From the NCBI RefSeq assembly GCF_044342615.1, contig NZ_JBIIPN010000001.1:1-52875 (forward strand): a DNA stretch of 52,875 nucleotides, read 5' to 3'. Of the stretch, positions 46,518 through 52,875 are shown piece after piece. The notes under the pieces are model-generated. The model saw only the letters and a list, made by a program, of their open reading frames with translations, was not told where the DNA came from and made no database searches. The stretch comes from Daejeonella sp. GTDB lineage: Bacteria; Bacteroidota; Bacteroidia; Sphingobacteriales; Sphingobacteriaceae. Within the stretch, counting starts at the first letter, position 1, and every line of letters starts with the position of its first letter. Position numbers and translations under genes: made by a program.

Positions 46518-47624
46518 ATGAACACCTTTAAAATCAATATAATATGCCTCATTGCATTTGTTTTGTTCAGTCAGAGTACTTTAGCACAAAATGAGAAAAA
46601 GTCAATTGATTTTGAAAGCTATAACCCACCTTCAAGCCTAGTTGTTCCTGAACACGTTTTAGGAAGAGCAAAATTTCCCTTTATTGATGTTCATAATCAT
46701 CAAAATAATATGCCCTCGCAAAATTTAGGCAATTTACTTGCAGAGATGGATAAGTTGAACATGAAAATCATGGTTAATTTGAGCGGACGTAGCGGCGATT
46801 ATTTAGCATCAGCTGTAAAAAACATAAAGCAAAGTGATGCTAAACGTTTGATTGTTTTTGCAAACGTATCTTTTTCAGGTATTGGGGAAGCATCATGGGC
46901 AGAAAATACGGTAAAGCAACTCGAAAATGATGTAAAAGCAGGAGCTCAAGGATTAAAAATATTTAAAAGTTTAGGCTTTTCTGTAAAAGATAATAAGGGA
47001 AATCTGGTGGCTGTAGATGACCAAAGACTAGACCCAATTTGGGCTGCTTGTGGAAGACTCGGGATTCCAGTTCTTATTCACACCGCAGACCCCAAACAAT
47101 TCTGGGATGAACCCAATGCACAAAATGAACGCTGGCTGGAGCTTTTAACGCAACCAGGCAGAAACAGAAGTGCAACCGATGGCTATTCATGGGAAAATCT
47201 GATTAAACAGCAACATAATCTCATTAAAAAACATCCGAAGACCAATTTTATTATCGCACATTTCGGATGGTTTGCTAATAATCTGGACTATCTTGGAAGC
47301 CTTCTTGATAGCTATCCAAACATGAATATTGAATTTGGAGCCATCATCGCGGAGATTGGCAGACAGCCACGCATGGCCAAAATGTTTTTTGAGAAATATC
47401 AAGATAGGATACTATTTGGAAAGGACAGCTGGGTGCCATCAGAATATAGCACCTATTTTAGAGTACTTGAGACTGAAGATGAATATTTTCCATACCATAA
47501 AAAATACCATGCTTATTGGAAAATGTATGGTATTGGTTTAAGCGATGAGGTATTAAAAAAGGTGTATTATAAAAATGCAATTCGAATAATTCCGGGAATT
47601 GATAAGACACAATTTCCTGATTAA
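46518..47624 (+). CDS. Amidohydrolase_2 family protein, secreted
   Basis: Signal peptide, FIDVHNH, GLKIFK, VLIHTAD, AHFG, ILFGKD, KVYYKNA. Confidence 0.88.
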   Translation: MNTFKINIICLIAFVLFSQSTLAQNEKKSIDFESYNPPSSLVVPEHVLGRAKFPFIDVHNHQNNMPSQNLGNLLAEMDKLNMKIMVNLSGRSGDYLASAVKNIKQSDAKRLIVFANVSFSGIGEASWAENTVKQLENDVKAGAQGLKIFKSLGFSVKDNKGNLVAVDDQRLDPIWAACGRLGIPVLIHTADPKQFWDEPNAQNERWLELLTQPGRNRSATDGYSWENLIKQQHNLIKKHPKTNFIIAHFGWFANNLDYLGSLLDSYPNMNIEFGAIIAEIGRQPRMAKMFFEKYQDRILFGKDSWVPSEYSTYFRVLETEDEYFPYHKKYHAYWKMYGIGLSDEVLKKVYYKNAIRIIPGIDKTQFPD

Positions 47625-47646
47625 TAAATTTTATACATCGAACCCA

Positions 47647-48045
47647 ATGCTACTCGTCGCCTGCGCCATCATTCAAAACAATCAAAATGAGGTACTCGCT
47701 TGCCAAAGAAGTGCAAACATGCACCTTCCTTTTAAATGGGAATTTCCTGGTGGCAAAATTGAGGAAAATGAAACAACCGAAGATTGTTTGATTAGAGAGA
47801 TTAAAGAGGAACTTAATATTGAAATTCAGATTATAGAACAAAAAAGTGTGAATGATCATCATTATCCCGACAAATCCGTCCGACTTATCCCATTCATTTG
47901 CAGGCACTTAAGCGGTGAAATTTCGCTAAAAGAGCATAAAGACTTTAAATGGTTAGATAAAACTAATTTACTTGATTTAGATTGGGCAGCAGCAGACTTA
48001 CCCATTCTAAGAGAGTATTTGCAAACGAATTGCGGTCAATCATAA
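47647..48045 (+). CDS. NUDIX (deoxy)nucleoside triphosphate pyrophosphohydrolase (MutT/NudG-like)
   Basis: KWEFPGGKIE.NET.EDCLIREIKEEL Nudix box; WAAAD; ATG at 47647. Confidence 0.92.
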   Translation: MLLVACAIIQNNQNEVLACQRSANMHLPFKWEFPGGKIEENETTEDCLIREIKEELNIEIQIIEQKSVNDHHYPDKSVRLIPFICRHLSGEISLKEHKDFKWLDKTNLLDLDWAAADLPILREYLQTNCGQS

Positions 48046-48107
48046 TAATTTAAAATATAAGTTTCGTTTGGGCTACATCACTATATTTGCGGCAAACAAA
48101 TAAATTT

Positions 48108-48404
48108 ATGATCGCACACCACGTTTTATTTTGGCTTAAAGCTGATATTACTGCCGAAGAAAAAAATGCCTTCCAAAAAAGCCTAAGCACATTAGAACAA
48201 ATTGAAGTAGTTAAGTTTTTTCATTTAGGCACTCCTGCACCTATTGAGCGCACTGTTGTTGATACCACTTATACTTTCAGCCTTTTTCTCGCTTTTGAGG
48301 ATTTAGCAGCACATGATGTTTACCAAGTCCACCCGCTACACAAAGCATTTTTAGACGAATTTAGAGTATTTTTTGATCGTGTAGTGATTTATGATGCTCA
48401 GTAG
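48108..48404 (+). CDS. Dabb family (stress-responsive A/B barrel) protein
   Basis: HHVLFWLK...F.D...HDVYQVHPLH...IYD; ATG at 48108. Confidence 0.9.
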   Translation: MIAHHVLFWLKADITAEEKNAFQKSLSTLEQIEVVKFFHLGTPAPIERTVVDTTYTFSLFLAFEDLAAHDVYQVHPLHKAFLDEFRVFFDRVVIYDAQ

Positions 48405-48582
48405 ATTTCCCAAATACTAATATGATTAGAGGTAAAATCTCTACTCTGAGTCACCATACAACAAATAACTTAGAGTAAAATGTAATCAACATGTGTAGAA
48501 TAGTGTCTCGGATCTAATGTCTCACATCTAAATACCTTGTACTAATTACTTTATACTAATTTTGTAAAAATCCTAAATCAAC

Positions 48583-49500
48583 ATGAGATTCATTTATTTA
48601 AGTCTGCTTTGCTTGTTTTTAGCTACAACGGCATTTGCACAAAATAAAAAATTTGAATTCATTGCTTTTGGCGATATGCCTTATCGAATTCCGAATGATT
48701 ACCCTCGGTTTGAAAATTTAATAAAGCAAATAAATAGTGAGAAGCCCGCATTTAGTGTTCACGTTGGCGATTTCAAATCTGGCTCTACACTCTGTTCTGA
48801 TGAGTATTTCAAAAGAATATACGATTATTTTGGGACATTTACAAATCCATTGATCTACACCCCTGGCGATAATGAATGGACCGATTGCAATCGTAAAGCA
48901 GCAGGCGAATACAATCCTTTAGAACGCTTAGCATTCTTAAGAAAAATGTTTTTTAGTTCTAGGGAGAGCTTTGGCCACAAAAAATTAGCCTTAAATAGCC
49001 AGGCCGAAAACGCTCAATTTTCTAGCTACGTTGAAAACGTAGCTTGGGAATATGGTGGTGTGCAATTTGCTACTGTACATTTGGTTGGGACAAACAATAA
49101 TTTTAAGGAAAGCGGGGACAATACTGAATTTATTGAGCGTGAAAATGCTAATTTAGCTTGGCTTGAAGAAATATATGTGAAGGCGGCAGATAAAAAAGGA
49201 CTTGTTATGTTTACTCAGGCAGACATGTTTTACATGGGCAAAGGTTCATCAGGGTTTGAAAAAATAAGGCTCAAATTAGCTGAACTCAGCAAGCAATATG
49301 CTAAACCAGTGCTTTTAGTAAATGGCGATTCTCACCGATTTATTGTAGATAAACCCTTACTAAATATGGATAAACGTACTACCATTTTAAATTTTACACG
49401 TTTACAGGTATTTGGAGATGCAGATATGGCTTCAGTAAAAGTAATTGTTGACCCCAATTTGAAGGAATTATTTACCTACCAAGAATTATTGATGAATTAA
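48583..49500 (+). CDS. Secreted calcineurin-like metallophosphoesterase
   Basis: Signal peptide, FGDMPY, HVGD, TPGDNEWTDC, NGDSH. Confidence 0.82.
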   Translation: MRFIYLSLLCLFLATTAFAQNKKFEFIAFGDMPYRIPNDYPRFENLIKQINSEKPAFSVHVGDFKSGSTLCSDEYFKRIYDYFGTFTNPLIYTPGDNEWTDCNRKAAGEYNPLERLAFLRKMFFSSRESFGHKKLALNSQAENAQFSSYVENVAWEYGGVQFATVHLVGTNNNFKESGDNTEFIERENANLAWLEEIYVKAADKKGLVMFTQADMFYMGKGSSGFEKIRLKLAELSKQYAKPVLLVNGDSHRFIVDKPLLNMDKRTTILNFTRLQVFGDADMASVKVIVDPNLKELFTYQELLMN

Positions 49501-49756
49501 AAAAAATAACCGAAAAACTGATTATAATCTCAATAACACAAGCAAGAACTAATATCCAAGCTTTTAAAAAGGCTTAATTAAACCAATCAAACTCCTCAAA
49601 AATTTAAAATGAGAGGTTTTTTCCGTTATTTACGTTACAGTAAAGCTAACAATTCACATGTTAGATCCGGAGGTAAAAGCTGAGCTGAAAGATTTGATCA
49701 GTTAAAATTCTTAATAGCCTATTTAAAATCGTTTAAAAAAATCTAGCTTTAAAATC

Positions 49757-51061
49757 ATGCATAAACTTAAATATCTGCTCTTAATTACATTAGCATTTCA
49801 AATAATAAGTTCATGTAAAAAGACAAGTGAAAAAGAAATTGTTAAAGACCCTGTTGTACTTACACCTCCCGAAACACTTAAAACGGTTTACCCTCTTAAT
49901 ACATTAGACTCATTATCAAGCATTAACAAAACTACATCTTGGTATAACACGAATAAATCTTTTGACCAATTGTTTAATGTACATCGATCATTGTATTGGG
50001 GATTTGAAGTAACAGCTAATGGCTTAAAACCATATAATACAAGTACTACAAACACTTGGTCGGCCAACAAAAGCTATTATTGGAATGATTTAGGAGCATA
50101 TTTATACACTGATTTAACAGGTGATGGAAAAAAGGATTTATGGGCTTATTATTGGAAAAACCCATGGCCAACCAATGCACCTGGCTTACATCTATTTTCA
50201 GAATATGAATCCTATCCAAGTATTTATGATCTTCAACCTGGCTTAGTACAGGTTAGAAAAAATGTGCTAGCCGACTTAAATAATGATAAGAAAAATGAAA
50301 TTGTATTATTTTCATCTGGTTATGATAGAATGCCCTTCCCTGGGGATCAAATAGGAATTTTTCATGTTGCTGAAAGAAGATACGAGTATTTAACTGCCGA
50401 CATTGGATACTTTCATGGTGGCGCAACAGGAGATATAAATAATGATGGATTGATAGACATTGTAGCATATTCGGGTTGGAGTAGCATTATTCCAATTCAC
50501 CCAACAGCTTATATCAATAAAGGTGGTGGAAATATGGAACTATCAAACCAACTATTTAAAGGTTTTAATACAACCGATGATAATTACTATACCGTTGAGT
50601 TATTTGATATAAATAAAGATGGTTCCCTAGATTTATTCTTAGGTGGATCTGGTAAGCTCAATATTATTATTCAAAAAAATAAGGAATATATACGTCAAGA
50701 ATTTATACCTATCCCAATAGGAAATAATCTGGAGGTTATTGATATTGCATTTATGGATTTTAATTGGGATGGAAATATGGATGTCCTAACAATGAGTAAT
50801 AAAAATGGATACCAGGGATATGAATTAAATCTGTTCCAAAATACCGGTACTGGTTTCAAAGATGTAACAAGTAGCTACTTTGATATCTATTCGGCTACAG
50901 GCAAGAACTCTTGGATCAAGTGGATTCATCTATTCGATTACGATAAAGATGGAGATATTGATGTTGTTGGAGATGGTTTATTTGGAGACTTAATGGGTAC
51001 ACAAGGCCGAAAAATTTGGTGGAAAAATAATGGTGGGAAGTTTGTTCAGGTAATGGAATAA
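49757..51061 (+). CDS. FG-GAP/VCBS repeat lipoprotein
   Basis: ISSC lipobox; DxxxDGxxD-type motifs DLTGDGKKD, DLNNDKKNE, DINNDGLID, DINKDGSLD, DFNWDGNMD, DYDKDGDID. Confidence 0.85.
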   Translation: MHKLKYLLLITLAFQIISSCKKTSEKEIVKDPVVLTPPETLKTVYPLNTLDSLSSINKTTSWYNTNKSFDQLFNVHRSLYWGFEVTANGLKPYNTSTTNTWSANKSYYWNDLGAYLYTDLTGDGKKDLWAYYWKNPWPTNAPGLHLFSEYESYPSIYDLQPGLVQVRKNVLADLNNDKKNEIVLFSSGYDRMPFPGDQIGIFHVAERRYEYLTADIGYFHGGATGDINNDGLIDIVAYSGWSSIIPIHPTAYINKGGGNMELSNQLFKGFNTTDDNYYTVELFDINKDGSLDLFLGGSGKLNIIIQKNKEYIRQEFIPIPIGNNLEVIDIAFMDFNWDGNMDVLTMSNKNGYQGYELNLFQNTGTGFKDVTSSYFDIYSATGKNSWIKWIHLFDYDKDGDIDVVGDGLFGDLMGTQGRKIWWKNNGGKFVQVME

Positions 51062-51167
51062 ATCCAAATTAAGGAATAAATCATCACACAACAGTGAATT
51101 AAATATTAGTAATAAAAATTTAATAGCAAAGGGAATAAAGCCTTTAAAAATTGTAGATGCCTATCCA

Positions 51168-51281
51168 GTAGAGACACACGGTCGTGTGTCTATCTATCCA
51201 GAGACACACGGCAGTGTATCTATCTATCCAGAGACACACGGCAGTGTATCTATCTATCCAGAGACACACGACCGTGTGTCT
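51168..51281 (+). repeat. Tandem array of four 30-bp REP-like units
   Basis: gagacacacg recurs at 51171, 51201, 51231 and 51261 with a constant tatctatcca linker; the first unit is preceded by GTAG. Confidence 0.9.
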
Positions 51282-51337
51282 TTGCGAGTTTCAGACAATG
51301 CGTAGAAACCACACAATTATGAACCTACGCAAGGTTA

Positions 51338-51568
51338 ATTGTTATGTAAATAAGATACACACGGCCGTGTGTATCTACAAAATGTATTGTTATTTGAATA
51401 TGAGCCGCACGACCGTGTGTATTTACAAAATTTATTGTTATTTAAATATGAGCCACACGGCCGTGTGGCTATACAAATTTATTGTTACGTAAAGATGAGC
51501 CACACGACCGTGCGGCTCTACAAATTTATTGTTACGTAAATAAGATACACACGGCCGTGTGTATCTAC
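51338..51568 (-). repeat. Tandem array of five 47-48-bp units, each with a GTAG-type REP palindrome
   Basis: attgtta recurs at 51338, 51386, 51434, 51481 and 51528; palindromes such as agatacacacggccgtgtgtatct end in (c)tac, i.e. GTAG on the minus strand. Confidence 0.9.
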
Positions 51569-51832
51569 GGTTTTATTTATTGTGAATTTAAATCCTACAG
51601 CACGGTTTTCTTATGAAACAACAAAAGCAGGCTTCTTTTCTTAACTACCTCTTTTTGAGCAAATAATACAACGGGGCAAGCAATTAAAACCAAGGTTTTC
51701 TGATAAACACACATAAACAGCCCTTGATAGTTTGAAAATGAAGTTTTACACAAATGTGAAAAACTTTTTGCAAGCATAAACCACCAAAATGATTTAAATT
51801 GTATTACCTAATTTTTAACAAAAACATATCGT

Positions 51833-52875
51833 ATGAAAAAGTATCTAGTACTATTATTTGTCATCATATTGCCCTTTGTTTCACTGGCACAAAAAAATTG
51901 GAGTCCAGAACAAGTATTAAAAATTAAAAATCTTAGTAGTGCAGAGGTTTCACCTGATGGAACTAAGGTAGTTTATACCATCAGAGAAGCTATGATGACA
52001 GACGATAGAAGTGAATATGTAAATCAAATATGGATCAGTGCTATTGATGGATCTAATGCTAAACAATTAACGACAGGTGATAAAAATAATACAAATCCAA
52101 AATGGAGTCCTGATAATAAATCTATAGCCTTTACTTCTTCGCGTGATGGAAAAAATAATTTATATATACTTCCTATCGCAGGTGGTGAAGCAGAAAAAAT
52201 AACAGAGGCTAAAGGAGCTGTTAGTGAATTTGAATGGAGTAATGATGGCAATAAAATTGCAGTTATTATTGCAGATGCGCCAACTGATAAAGAAGAAAAA
52301 AATAAAAAAGCAAAAAATGATTGGTATATCTGGGAAGCAGAATTAAAACAAAATAGATTGCATTTATATTGGATCCATCAAAAAGATTCATCTCAAAAAT
52401 ATATGCAAAAAATATTGACGAAAGAAAATATTTCTGTTTATGCATTTGATTGGAACGCAGATGGAACAAACATTGTTTACAGTTATGGTAAGTCTACAAA
52501 AGCCAATGATAATAATCTTAGCGATATAGCGTTGATTAATATTGAAACAGGAGCAACTAAAGACATTGCGAATACACCAGCTGGTGAGTCTACTCCGCAG
52601 TTTAGTCCCGATGGGAGTTTGATAAGTTATTATTGCACTGAGAATCCTAATGATTGGCCGGGTGCAAAACATGCAAAAGTTTATGCTTTAGCAGATGGAA
52701 AAACTTGGCGATTAAAAGCAACACCCAATGAAGATGGAAGTATTTTGGGTTGGACAGCAGATGGAAAAAATATTGTCTGGTCGGAGACCAATAAAACATT
52801 GACGAGTATTTACACATTAAGTGTGGATGGAAAAAATATTACTGAATTAAGTAAGGGTGAAAAAAATTATATAGG
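51833..52875 (+). CDS. S9 family (prolyl oligopeptidase-like) peptidase, N-terminal beta-propeller; runs off the window edge
   Basis: Manual translation from ATG 51833: MKKYLVLLFVIILPFVSLAQKNWSPEQVLKIK...VSPDGTKVVY...PKWSPDNKSIAFTSSR...GGEAEKIT...WSNDG, with PD40/TolB-like repeats. The catalytic domain is not in the window. Confidence 0.8.
   Translation, partial: MKKYLVLLFVIILPFVSLAQKNWSPEQVLKIKNLSSAEVSPDGTKVVYTIREAMMTDDRSEYVNQIWISAIDGSNAKQLTTGDKNNTNPKWSPDNKSIAFTSSRDGKNNLYILPIAGGEAEKITEAKGAVSEFEWSNDGNKIAVIIADAPTDKEEKNKKAKNDWYIWEAELKQNRLHLYWIHQKDSSQKYMQKILTKENISVYAFDWNADGTNIVYSYGKSTKANDNNLSDIALINIETGATKDIANTPAGESTPQFSPDGSLISYYCTENPNDWPGAKHAKVYALADGKTWRLKATPNEDGSILGWTADGKNIVWSETNKTLTSIYTLSVDGKNITELSKGEKNYI

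Noticed and set aside
612-50468. Numerous 60-125-aa ORFs antisense or out of frame within long genes
   Set aside because: They overlap well-supported CDSs and show no independent motifs.
51184-51492. 102-aa ORF
   Set aside because: It is only the translation of the tandem repeats (LSIQRHTAVY units), with a GTG start and no protein-like features.
51168-51568. CRISPR array
   Set aside because: The sequences between the palindromes are near-identical rather than unique spacers, the periods (30 and 47-48 bp) are too short, and no cas genes are present.
51595-52672. Short minus-strand ORFs (60-94 aa)
   Set aside because: Three are antisense shadows of the open plus-strand S9 peptidase frame starting at 51833; the 51595-51777 ORF is intergenic with no supporting features.

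Overview
AT-rich chromosomal window from a Bacteroidota organism. The T9SS PorP/type-B CTD genes, PafA and TAnnTTTG promoters support the phylum; Sphingobacteriaceae-like is my inference. In order it holds: a partial M61 peptidase; an RND efflux operon; a response regulator and sugar kinase; TlpA and a rhodanese-like protein; a four-gene surface module (membrane AraC, a mosaic phage-tail-fibre-like secreted protein, a cadherin/type-B CTD protein, PorP/SprF); TauE; a dinB-dnaE(2) mutagenesis cassette with a palindromic operator inside its promoter, followed by a mosaic repeat tract; an exported redox/sugar-acid gene run (Gfo/Idh/MocA, DUF1080, PQQ-type dehydrogenase with cytochrome c and CBM6, COG3964-type deacetylase, SelA/DgaE-like PLP enzyme, cytochrome c); a complete eboABCDEF cluster; aguB-aguA; bactofilin-M23-bactofilin; PafA; several hydrolases; an FG-GAP lipoprotein; two opposed REP-like hairpin arrays; and a partial S9 peptidase. 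I recognised no rRNA, tRNA, CRISPR array, transposase or integrase. The best candidates for under-described systems are the T9SS-linked fibre module (9190-15224) and a possible periplasmic oxidative amino-sugar pathway (22004-30934). All family assignments come from motif recognition by eye; no searches were run.
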